64,000 nt of DNA from Vitrella brassicaformis CCMP3155 (taxonomy: Eukaryota > Protista > Chromerida), in NCBI GenBank assembly GCA_001179505.1, contig CDMY01000253.1, positions 83,966 through 147,965 of the forward strand, in the 5' to 3' direction. Positions within the stretch are counted from its first letter, which is position 1. Each line of letters starts with the position of its first letter. A program made the position numbers and the translations under genes. The notes below the pieces were generated by a model. That model did no database searches, was not told the DNA's origin, and worked only from the letters and a program-made list of their open reading frames with translations. Shown here piece by piece: positions 1 through 11,480 of the stretch.

Positions 1-3000
1 AGTGACGGCAGCCCCTGCAGACCCTGGTGCTCCTCAGCTCCCAGAAGCCCTGTCTCAAGGTCCATGCGATTGTTGTTCAGACGCAACACCTGACAGCAAA
101 ACCGCGCCCATACATCAATGAAGGAATGGCCACCATATGGACATCTGTCTCTCCTTACCACAAGCTTGGACAGCGGCCCCAGGGTGGCGACGGACGTGAG
201 CTGGTTGTTGTCGAATGTGAGCTCCCGGAGTGAGGGAAAGACCTCGTCAGTGATGACGTTGGCGGGGATCTCACGCAGCCGACAGCCCGACAAGTCCAGC
301 ACCCTGAAGTTGTAGCACGGGCAGGTCCCCAGCTTCTCCTCAAGCATCTCCATCGACAGCTTGCCGGCGAACCGCTCTCGAGCATCGTTCTGCGCATGTA
401 CCACGTGCCTTGTGCACTTTTCATTGTCTTCCTGCCTTTGAGGCTCGGTACCTGTTCGTTTGTGGTGACGGCTGCACCATCGAGGACCTTGAGTTTTTTA
501 AAGTAGAAGATGGTGTAGAGGCGGTAGTCCTCCACGGACACCACCGGATTACCCGCCAGGTCCAAGATGATGAGCTTGGAAAGGTTCTTGATGACGCTCA
601 GCGACCGCAGGTCCTCGACAAGGTTATTGGACAGGTACAGCTCGATGACGCTCTCGATGGCTGTGAAGCCGTCTAGGGAGTCTATCAGATTGTCCTCCAG
701 GCTGCATCCACGCGAAGGATCGAATGCATGGAGCTGTACCATTTTCCCGTATGTAGCTAGCTACCTGAGCTGGTTGAGTTTGGTCAGGTTTCCCAGCGCG
801 ATGGGCGGGTCTGTGAGTCTGTTGGATCCAGCATCGAGGCGCCTGAGGCACGCCAAGCTGGTGATGGGCTCGAGATCCTCCAGCCGATTCTGCTCCACAA
901 GCAGCTCCTCGATCGACGAGCAAGACTCAATGCCCTGCAAAGCCAAAGGGCGTGTGAGCGGTGAGACATGGTCATCCAGGAGACGCAGAATCGGCTGCAC
1001 TAATGGTCCTCACTCACCTTGACTGACGTGAGACGGTTTCCGTTGAGGTTGAGCCTTCTCAGCCGACGAAACCGTGACAAGTCAGGCAGCTCCGTGATCT
1101 CAGCGCCCGCCAAGTCCATCGACTCGACAAAGAGCGTCCATCTGGAAGGGGTCACCTCCCTTGCCAGCTGCTGCACCCCCTCCACAAACTCAGCCTTGAC
1201 CCCCTCCTCCCCCGCACCATCCCGTCTCCCTTCCTCCTTCCACCCCAGCACCACTCGTGCAGTCACGCACCCCTCCACCTCCCAGCACAGCCCTCCTGCC
1301 GGCGATATGTGGCGAGCTCGCACACCCGGCCCAAAGCCCCGGTGAGACGCGGCGAGAGGCGACTCGCCTTCTCGTGAGGAGCGGGATGACTCTGGGTGGG
1401 GGCTGTCGGGCGAGTCTGAGGGAGCGGATGCAGGGATGGCTCTTACAAGGGGAAGGGGGATGTAGCTGCGGCGCTGCAGCTCGGCGTCGTCCGGGGATGT
1501 GCGAGAGAGGTAACTCTGGGATGTTTGTCGCTCTGTGAGGCTGACGTCCTCTTCGTCGAGCCTCTTGAGCGACGGGAGAGCACCGACGATGCTCTTCCTA
1601 AACGGCAAATTGGCAATGTCCACCATGTCATGTTCTCCTCTTGCCTGGGATGTCTTCACCTGTATGTCTCCTTCCAGTAGCAAATGGGGTTACCCAAACA
1701 CGTAGCTTCCTCTACAGAGGGAAGACTCACACCTGCAGGCAGTGCAGGAAGCAGGGCAAGGGGAATGTCGACAGGCAGTGTCGTAATCTCTCTCCCTCAC
1801 CAAGCTCAGCAAACTCCTCGATAAAGCGCAAGTCATTGTACGCAACATTCAAGTAGCGAAGCACAGGCAGCCCCCTCAGCGCCCTGATGGACTGCAGCGA
1901 ATTGAACGACAAGTCCAGCGTCGTCAGCTGCGGCAGAACCACACTGTCCCCGGCTTCGCCTCCCTTCTGCGGCAGGAACACACTCACGGACTCCAAACAA
2001 TTGAAGCTCAGATTGAGCACCTTCAGACGGGTCAGCAACGGCAGCAACACGGCGTCGATTCTCCGTATGCGGCGGCCGAAGAGCACCAGCGAGTCGCACT
2101 GCTGGAGTCTTGAGGATACTTGCGAGGTCGACGCAGACATGGATGTGAACTTGCGGGGCTTGATGGGGTCGAACACAGATGGCACCGTGTTCGCAGCAGC
2201 AAGTAGAGACATGCGCTCCAGGGGGGAGGGCTCCAAGTCTCTAAGGAAAGTCTGCAGGTCGGCGGAGAAGAGAGGAGGGGGAGGGGGTGCTCTCGCGAGC
2301 GCATTCTTCTTTGCCGCGTCCTTCTTAGACCGCGGTGGCGGGTACGGCAATGCCATATTACAGCACTCACGAAAATGCCTGGAGACATGATCACGTGATA
2401 GACATCTTCGCACCCTCTTCATTCCTCCTCGGCTTACTTACCTTATGCAGCTCCCAAACAGTCCCACGGCGTCGTCCGATATGTTGGGTTCGGGCTGAGC
2501 CCTCCAAACGCCCACAGCAACCACATTGCCGTCTTTCCCGGCCTCGGCTCCAGACGAATCGCTCCCCGGCAGTGGCAGCGACTCGACAGCTGATGTCAGC
2601 TCAAGCCTGATGGGATCGCTGTCCGCCGTGTCATCGTCATGTCTCTCGCGTTTCGGCGAGTAGTCTGACACCGACACGGTGCTGGCCATCTCGCTCTCCT
2701 GTCCGTCGGTGGCGGTGGTGCTCTCGGCTGCTCTCTGGGAGGTGGATGGTGCAGGCGAGGCTGACTTGATGCCGCTGCCATGCTGGGGGGAGGAAGGGGG
2801 AGAGGGGGAGGGGTCTGCCTGTCTTGGAGGCGCCTCGTACTCGAAGTACACCAAGAACTCAGGCAAAACGAAAGCCGGGTTCAACACCCACCTGCACGAC
2901 AAAGCCTTTTTTCGCACGCATCAGTCGTAAAGGCGAATCCCTCTTACCAGAGCTTCTGCTGGGGATCGTCCTTCTTGACTCGAAAGACGGCCATGGGCGC

Positions 3001-5878
3001 CCCCTTTTCTCTGGCGACTCTTTCAGGCGTCTTGGCCCGCTTGGAAACAGTTGGCGGAGTGCTCGACGCTGATGGAGCACCAGTGAGAAATGAGAGGGCG
3101 TCATCATGTGATGAGGGAGAGGATGCGTCGTCATCTGAGTCGTCGGATGCCGAGCTGGGTGGGCCGGGGTGGGGGGCGGCGTCCGACGGGCCTCGCTTCC
3201 ACAGAGAGGACGGAGAGTCGTCTTCATAGTACTTGACTGTATCGGCTTTCTGACATACATGTTCTCGATCAGGGATGGATGTATTCTCTCTCTCTCTCTC
3301 TCTGCTTACCTGTGACGGCATGCATGTCGCACAGACGAGAAGCATCCCTCCAGGCGGGCAGTACACATCTCGCAACTCCGACGGCACGATGCGATTTGAC
3401 ACGGATACCGTGTCTCTGCTCGTGGCTGTGGCCGAGGGATTCGTCTGGTATGTACGACGGTCCGCAGCCCTGCAAAAGCATCAGTACAAGTCCGATATTG
3501 CCCTCACCGACTATGCATTTGTGTACACACCGCTGTGCCACTCGTAGAGATGCAGCGCCTACAGACGACGCCAGGTAAGATCTGAGTGAGGGAATCTCCG
3601 AAGAGGCGACAGAGTTGGTCAGCGGAACGAAGGGCACTGAGACTGAGGGAGACACAGCTGGGTCCTCATCAGCTCCCTCCGTCTTGTCCGAGCCGTCTGG
3701 TGGGGCCCCGAATCCCTCCTCAAGTATCCTGTAGACCTCCTTTGGGTTGTCGGTTTGCTTGAGATAGAAGAGATAAGGGTCTTGCGGACCGCTGCAGCTT
3801 GTTGCGTCGGGCGGCCGGAGTGGCGGGCAGCCGTTGTTGGTCAGATTCGAACAGTACTCCCTGTCGGACAGCACAGGCACACAGGCAAACAGACACTCAC
3901 CATCAATGCGCCAACAATTTGTTTCTCTTACCAGATTTCGTCAAACTTTAATCTCAAGAATCGGTTGTGGACCCTCGTAACACCCGTGACCCTGTCCATT
4001 GGTCACAATTCGTATACAGCGTGTCTTACGATGAGACAGTGTAATGGCATTTCCTTGCTGACTTGATCTTATTGACAGCGAATAGCGTGAAGTCCCTGGA
4101 TACGAACCTTGACTCGACCATCTGTACAATCCACTGATACCTGAAATGTGACAAACAAAGTACACACCTGCAGCTGCGACACAACGCGGCACACACGAAT
4201 GCTCACCACGCCTCATCGGTCGTGCCAGGCTCGAACCTCACATTCCCTCCCGTCTGCAGCTCAACGAGCAGCTGGTGGATCGACGCTGACTGGATTCTAC
4301 GGAGCTCTTCCTCATAGCTCGACCAAAGCTGGACATGCAAATCCACAACACCATGTCTCCATTACCTATGCTTTGAACATTTCACGTCTTACTCACAGTG
4401 CCAAGGTCATTGAGGAGTCCCTCGAGCATGTCGCGTCTTTCCTCGACCTCCTTCCGCCAGGCCGACAGCGAGGCGGCGGCATTGCCAAAGGTGTCGAGCG
4501 AGGGCTTGGGCAGGTCGAGGGCGAAGTCCAGTGCCAGTCGTGACTTGAGCACCTCCTCGTACTCCTCACGGACACCCCTGCGCACCTCATCCAGCCACCA
4601 CCGACCAAAGCGGCGACCATCTGTGGCCTGATGGATGGACAGCAGGAAAATGTACGATGGATGGGACACGAAAGGCGTGCAGATCGACCCACCCACCTGT
4701 CTCTTGATGGTTTTTATCTTCATGTTGTAGTAGAGCCGCTTCTTCAAGTAGGTGGTTTCCGCTGACTTGAGGGCATCGGGACCAAGACGCACACGATCGA
4801 GGATCTACAAATCGTCACAGATGGGCCGTTTCTCTCGCAGAGAAGGCCACGTATTGACTTTGCATACCTGCAGGCTCGGGAGATGGAAGAGCGTGTAGGT
4901 CTGATAGTTGCACAGATAGCACAGCGGGTTGTCGCCCCAGTCAGGGTCCGAGACATGGAGTGCACTCAGTGCCGGCAGCCGGGTAAGTGCCCGGATGTCC
5001 CTGAAGCTCGACAGCCGATTGGCGCTCAAGTTGAGGTGCTGCAGCTTGACACAACTGAGCCAATGGGTACCTTGCGCCACCGGCGGCTGACCAGCGGACG
5101 GGGTGGGGGGCGTCAGGCTGGTCAGCCGCATGTTGGCCGCATTGAGATACACGAGATTGGGAGCGAAAGTCAGGGAGTCGAGGGTTGTGAGCCGATTGCC
5201 CGATATCCATATCTCCTCGAGATAGGGGAGGGCAGGTTGCGAGGAGCCCCCGAAGAAAAGGGACGAGAGGCGGTTGAAGGAGATGTTCAGCAGGACCAGA
5301 TTGGGGACCCGCTGCACTCACAACCGACAAGCAAACACAAGCAACAATGAAGCAAACCTATGAACACCGGAGAAAGCAATCGGTCAGTCACTCACCTGCA
5401 GACCCTCGAGCGACCGAATCTCGTTCTCGCACAGCCACAGCTTTTCCAGCTGTGTGCATTCCTCCAGCCCCTCCAAGGACACCAAACCCTGCTGAATCAG
5501 CGTGAGCTCCTTCAGTCCCCGAAACCGCGAGAGCAGTTCAGGCCGCACCCTGCTGTCAAGCACCAGCTCCAGCCTTTCCACCTGCTCCGGCCTCTCAGCA
5601 AGCACATCAGGCGTCAGCTGGTTGGCCGCAGCGATGAGCTGGAGAGCCTCGGCCTCCTCCAATATGACTGTCCTCTCCTCTTCAGGCACCTCTTCGGAGA
5701 CGGGGCTCCCGCCGCCTCCCGAACTGGGCGGCCGAGGGCTCTTGGAGGGGATGGGAGAGGTCGCAGGCAGTGGCGACGCCGGCACGCTCGAAGGCGTGCG
5801 CGACGACTGTGCTGTCTGTTGAGAGGAGGGCGGGTCGGAGGGCTGCAGTGTGCCACGAAGCCGCTGTGCAAGCGCCAT
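1..5878 (-). CDS. LRRC9: Leucine-rich repeat protein, LRRC9-like (multi-exon; 3' end beyond the left window edge)
   Basis: ATG at 5878 (MALAQRL). Exons carry many SDS22-like LRRs (LEKLWLCENEIRSLEGL, LEEIWISGNRLTTL, LQHLNLSANRL, LTTLDLSFNSLQSI, VIELYLSNNLVEDL) and LRR caps (DNPLCYLCNYQTYTLFHLPSLQ, GNPVVSVEDYRLYTIFYFKKLKVLDG). Segments KRLYYNMKIKTIKR, VELQTGGNVRFEPG, VTRVHNRFLRLKF, VLPEFLVYFEY and DARERFAGKLSMEMLEEKLG are as I recall them from LRRC9 orthologues. GT-AG junctions were in phase where checked. Confidence 0.8.
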
Positions 5879-6126
5879 GCCGGAAAGATCCGACTGCAGT
5901 TGGCTCGTATCAACGCTCTCTCAGCGCTGCAATGGTTTTCCTTCGAAGAAATCACAATTTGATGCGAATTGACTTACACGGAAGCATGGGCGACCAGCAC
6001 GCAAATCACAATTTTGCATTGGGGCCCATTTCCTAGCTCGCATCCCTCCCCCCTCCAGCGTCTCGTTTGGATTCCCTGATTCCAGACTGCAGCTCACGAA
6101 GAGGCAGCAAAGAGCTTCTCGACGGA
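5879..6126. promoter_or_regulatory. Putative bidirectional promoter between LRRC9 and the sulfotransferase
   Basis: 248 bp between divergent start codons, with AT-richer patches. Exact direct repeat AAATCACAATTT at 5949-5960 and 6003-6014. Confidence 0.35.
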
Positions 6127-7344
6127 ATGGCTCGTTCTTCATCGACATCTGCAGCGAGCGTGGGTGATGCAGATGCAGCAAGAGATGCAGGCGGTCTCCG
6201 AGTGATAGGGGCAGGACACGGCCGAACGGGGTGAGCTTTTCACACAAGTCGTGGCACGCACACTGTGGATGCCTCTCTCCCGTTGCTTGCAGGACGATGT
6301 CCCTCAAGGCGGCTCTCGAAGCGATTGGATACGGCCCTTGTTACCACTTCTCTGGTGGGTGCCGATGACCTTACAGGGCTGACTCTTCATGATCTCTGCT
6401 GCTCATCACCGCGGTGTGTTGTACGTGCTGCGGTTGGAATGCTCAGAAGTTGCTATGGACCCTCAGGTGCCCCGACGCGCCAAGCAGTGGCTGAAGGTCT
6501 GCGAAGCCAACGGCAAGGGCATCGACAACTGGGTAAGACGACAGGCGCAAAGACGCTCACAGACACGAGTGCCATCTCATCTTCTGCTGCCCCTTGTTCT
6601 GTCCTGTCTGCAGCACGAGATCTATGACGGCTACGTGTCCGCCTGTGATTTTCCCACGAACCTGTACTACAAGGAACTCATGGAGGCGTTCCCGGACGCG
6701 AAGGTCAGTGCCGAGGAGGGAGGCACGTGATGAGTGTGAGAATGAATGCCATTCCTGCCTCTGTTCTGCTTCTCTGACGTGTCATCAGGTGATCTTGACG
6801 GTTCGAGACCCGCATAAGTGGTATACGAGCGCCAAAGAAACCGTCGTCCGCCATCGAGAAACGCTGACGGCCTTTCCGTTCAACATCGCGGGCTGGCTGC
6901 TCAACATGCATCACCTGATGAAACTTGTCGTCAACTACAGCGTGGTAGCCAGGTGGAACATGCACAGGCTGAGCGAGGAGGCCGCTGTCAAGGTTTTCAA
7001 CGAATGAATCGACCAGGTCAAAGCCACCGTGCCGACGGACAGACTCCTCGTCTTTCAGGTAGGCATGGACCGCCTTTAGAGGCTGGATTGACGGGCAGAA
7101 CCGTGACCCTTTCTGTTGCCCGCAGGTATCGGATGGTTGGGAGCCTCTGTGCCGATTCCTGGATGTCCCCGTGCCGCCCATCGACTTCCCTCGACTGAAT
7201 GACCGTCAGGTGATGCGCGAGCGGCAGGCCAGGATCTTCGGGAAGCTGTTGATCGTTGGGTGGGGGGCTGTCCTGTGTGCGGTGGGAGGGACGGTGGCTG
7301 TCGGATGGCTGGCCGCCAGGGCCATAGGAAGGCTGCGCAAGTGA
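6127..7344 (+). CDS. Sulfotransferase, Sulfotransfer_4 family (P-loop), with C-terminal hydrophobic helix
   Basis: Spliced product: MARSS...GLRVIGAGHGRTG|TMSLKAALEAIGYGPCYHFSE...DGYVSACDFPTNLYYKELMEAFPDAK|VILTVRDPHKWYTS...VPTDRLLVFQ|VSDGWEPLCRFLDVPVPPIDFPRLND...LLIVGWGAVLCAVGGTVAVGWLAA. These are the typical family motifs. Stop TGA at 7342-7344. Confidence 0.85.
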
Positions 7345-7808
7345 GGAATTGGCGCTGCCTGTCGTGGGTGTGCTGCCCGTCTGTCGCTTTTTGTGACGCA
7401 TGGGACAGGTGCATATGTGCTCTTTTTCGAACAATGGGGTTCGAAGCTGCTGTCGTGCCCTCAGCGCTGCGTGTTGTGCATGCGGGCTTTTTTTCAAAGA
7501 TTGTGCCACGCTGGTGTTTCGGTCTCGGCCTCGGCCTTGTGTCGGATTTGCGGGTGAGGGACTACACATAAGATGGGGCTCAAGCGATGGGCTTCTGAGC
7601 GCGTGAGCTGAGAAATGTTTTGCATAAGCTTTATACGAAATGCCAAACACGTATCTGGATAAGTCCATTTGGGTCATCACGGAGAGCACATACATACGCA
7701 TGCATGACACTTTCCCTCCCTCCACGCAGTAAGGAAGGCACGTGGCGTCATCCATGTACATGACATCAGCGCTAGACTGACCGTGCAATCCAAAACGTCA
7801 TCATGATG

Positions 7809-10800
7809 TCATGCAATGCCACTTGCCGCCCCCAATGCACTGGGCTGCGGCCGTCCCTTCCCTGCTTGCCCCTCCGACCCTTCGCTGCCGCTCTTGTTGT
7901 CTCTTTCCTCCTGGCTGCTCTTGGATGACCTGGACGATTTCGGTGAAGAGGTGGCCGCCCGCCCTGCAATCTTTCTGCCCAATGATGCGGCCTTTTCCCT
8001 CTTGATCCTCTCCACTTCGGCTCTCACGGACGCCATGAAGTCTGTGTTGGCCATCGTCGTGGGGGCCTCGGTTGAAGACCGGCGGTTCGTGCGACGCTGC
8101 AGACATGGATGATGGATGGACACACCAGGAGACATGAGCAGACAACAATTCAGTGAGACATGCAAGGATGAAGGATGCCGACCACGATGGATGCAATTAT
8201 GCTGTTTCTCCTGGGGCTTCTCGTGCCTGCCATTGCCGACACTGAAGAGGACCGACGCGACTTCCACGCGGCCCTCTGCCGCTGCCTGGAGGCAGGGGCA
8301 ACCATGATACGGATTTCCTGAGGTATCTCGACAAAATTCACGGACCGACTCCGCTGACGGGCGGCAATCCTGCGCCACATGCATAATGACTTGACGAGGT
8401 TCCCTCTGTTCTGGGCCTTGCTCACCTGGCAAATTCAATGCTTGCGCTGGGTCCTGTCTCGGTTGGAGGCCCTGGATCTGAGACAAGTTGACTGAGCACA
8501 CTCCCTTCCTCCCACTGATGGCTCTCGGGCACCGTCAACAGCCCCCCCGCCGCCCTGCCCCCTTCCACAGGAGCAAGGAGCACCGGTTCACCGTCAGAAG
8601 AAGAAGACGGGCCAGGCTGTTGACGAGGACTTGGCTCCCCGTCGTGAAGAGATGGACAGGATGGCCGTCTCAAGATAGATTTGAGGGGCACAGCATGGTG
8701 GTGAGGCCCAGGCATCGACAATCTCCTTCGCCGATTCTTTTGCCGGCCGCCGACGGATGAAAGGGCCACCGAGCGGCGCCTCCCTGACGCGGAGCTGTCG
8801 ACAGAGCGGCGTCTCGGATCTCTGTCTCTGTTGTTTGCGTTGTTGATGAAGGCATTGAGGGCTTGGAGTGTCTCGTTGTTAGAGCTGATCGAAGAGCTCC
8901 TTCTTTGCGCGTTGCTTGGCTGGCTGCAGACAGACAAATGAGGACCGATTGAGACACAGACCGGGGATGGATCGACGGACACGTGAGGGCGTCTCGAGCT
9001 CACCCTGGCAGGTCAATGGCAGAGACGATCGAGGACCGTCTGCTCTTCCCTTCTGAGCTCATCGACGACTTGCGGCTACTTGAATCGGAGAAGACGCTGC
9101 GGCGCCTGAATAAGACAGCGCAGAAATGTGATTTTCGTGTATGTAATGTGTGTACCAACCAGAGTGAATGCGGACCTGCCAATGACCGAGCCCTCTTCTA
9201 CAATGGATGGCAACTCGCTTTTGTCAACGGTGCAGGCGCTGGAAGACCCTGCCGGGATTGTGGCAGCCGTCTCCTCCAGTACCTTGGCCAGCTTGTCGGG
9301 ATGAAGGCCGTCCTTGGTAACCACATGGAAGCACATGGAAGGGAGACATGGAAGCTGTGAAGGTAATCAGTCAGTCTTCAGGCTGAGCCATTGCCTCACT
9401 TGTGCCATCATGCGATGCAGAAGGTCCTCACCCTCGAGCCAGTTGACGACACAATACGACACAAATGAGGTGCAGATGACCGGCAGTAGCAATGAATACA
9501 CGCTGCAATAAACCACACACATCTACCGCCCCCATGTCTCACTTTTCGCCCCTCTCACCTGGTCATCTCGTACACGATGATCGTCGTGGTCAATGGGGCC
9601 CTCATCAAGCCAGAGAAGAGCCCAGCCATCCCCAGGATCATGCACGCCTTCAGCCACTCTCCATCCCCACTCCAAAAGTAGAGTGCATGCCCAACCAGTC
9701 CTCCAAACATTCCTCCCGAAATCAAGGCTGGCGAGAACAGCCCCCCAGGGCCGCCTACGCCACCCGCAATGGCACATGCGACAATCTTGCCCAGAAAGAA
9801 TATGGCATACTGGTGCCATGGCAGGATGCAGGAATTCTGCAGCGATTTCCGCAAAGACCCAGTGCCGATCCCCCATATGCCGTCCAGCCCGGTAGCATGT
9901 TTCACGATGGCACCGATAAGGCCGACAACGAAGCCGCCCAATGCCATGTGGCACCACGGAGGGGGGTAGGGCAGCATTCGGACAAAATGACCTCGATCAG
10001 CCAGATGTCCCCTGACGAGCAGCAGGACGCGGCAAAAGACCTCTGCAAATATGGCGGTCAGCAGCCCCAGGGGCAAGGAGATGAGCATCCAAGGATGGAG
10101 AGTTGCAGACCGCCTTGTTATGTCAGACTTGAAGAAAGCATGGTCTTCCAAGAGCATGCGGCTGGTGAAAGTGCTCGCAACGGAGGCCACGAGGATGGTA
10201 GCCACCCCCACTCTGGAGAGGGACTCGACGAGCTCTTCGAGGACGAAAGTAATGCCGGCAATAGGGGCGTTGAAGGCTGCAGAGATACCAGCTCCAGCAC
10301 CAACAGTGACGAGGCTCGGTAGATAGGAGCACGGAAGCGGGCACCTCTTGGTGCAAATGCTGTAGATGGAGGTGACAATCGAAGCAGCCATGTGCACTGT
10401 TGGCCCCTCGATTCCCAGCGGATTGCCTGCAGCACAAGACAAGGGTGAAAACATAGATGTGCACAGAGCTTGACTGATTGAGTGATTGAGCGGCTTTCTC
10501 ACCGAAACCCAGGTAGATGGCGCCGAAAACCATCCTCAGAGGGGCCACTCGAAGCGGCACTGGCTTGTTGAGCGTGGTGTGGAGCTTGGTTGGAATAAGG
10601 CCGCTTCCCAGACACTCCGGGAACCACCGATGAATGAGGACGCCTACAATAAGGCCTCCTATTGTCGTGCTCAGGGTCATCGACACAGCCTGAGGCACGC
10701 CATACCTGACATACATCAACACATGGATGAATACAGACGACGGCCACTGTGCAGTCATTCTGCTCACCGATGGTACAGAGTGTCCCTGGCGAGACGAGAG

Positions 10801-11072
10801 CTCACCAGCTCCTCGACAAGGTTCTCAGCCTTCTGCAGATGCAGAACAGACAGGCGAGTACACTACTCAAACATGGTGGCCCAGCCAGCCACATATATAC
10901 ACACTGATGTCCTTGGTACCTCGAAGGCCACCACTGCACCGCCGACAACAGACCCAGCAAGGAAACAAAACAGCAAAAGGGCCAGCAGGTGGCACGATCG
11001 AAGCTGCAACGAAGAGCCCTGAGCGTCCCTGAAGCTGACGGCCTCCTTGAGATCATCCATAACCGAGGGCAT
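7809..11072 (-). CDS. CLC-family chloride channel/anion-proton antiporter with a long low-complexity C-terminal tail
   Basis: Motifs PECLGSGLIPTK, GNPLGIEGPTVHM, AAFNAPIAGITFVLEEL, GGPGGLFSPALISG, MRAPLTTTIIVYEMT and multiple TM helices. No CBS domains recognised. Start and exact 3' end uncertain. Confidence 0.9.
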
Positions 11073-11480
11073 TTCTTTCAATGGCGTTTTTCAGATCATT
11101 TCCGTCATCCTCGCGCGCCATTTGGCCCATTATGGCGCTGTTGCGTTGATGAGATCTGCTCAGCTTATTCTGGTCCTCCCAATAGGCCACTACAGGCCAC
11201 TCCATCATGGTTGTAACCAGCGGGCGCGAAAAATCGAGATCTGCGTCGAGATCGCAACATCGGACAACACAGCAACGCGGCATTGATAGCGGCCGCCACG
11301 GCCATAGTTTCGCCCCCTGTCTATCCGCTGCCCCTATTGATGGATGCCTAATGCTCCATGGAGCCGTGACGCCATCCTCCGCCATCCCCTGCCCTCTCGT
11401 GCCCGCCATCTCGCCGCTGGGCCACCCCATCCCCCGCTCTCCGCTCTAAAGGCTCAGCCGCTCTCTGCAGCCTACCTGCC

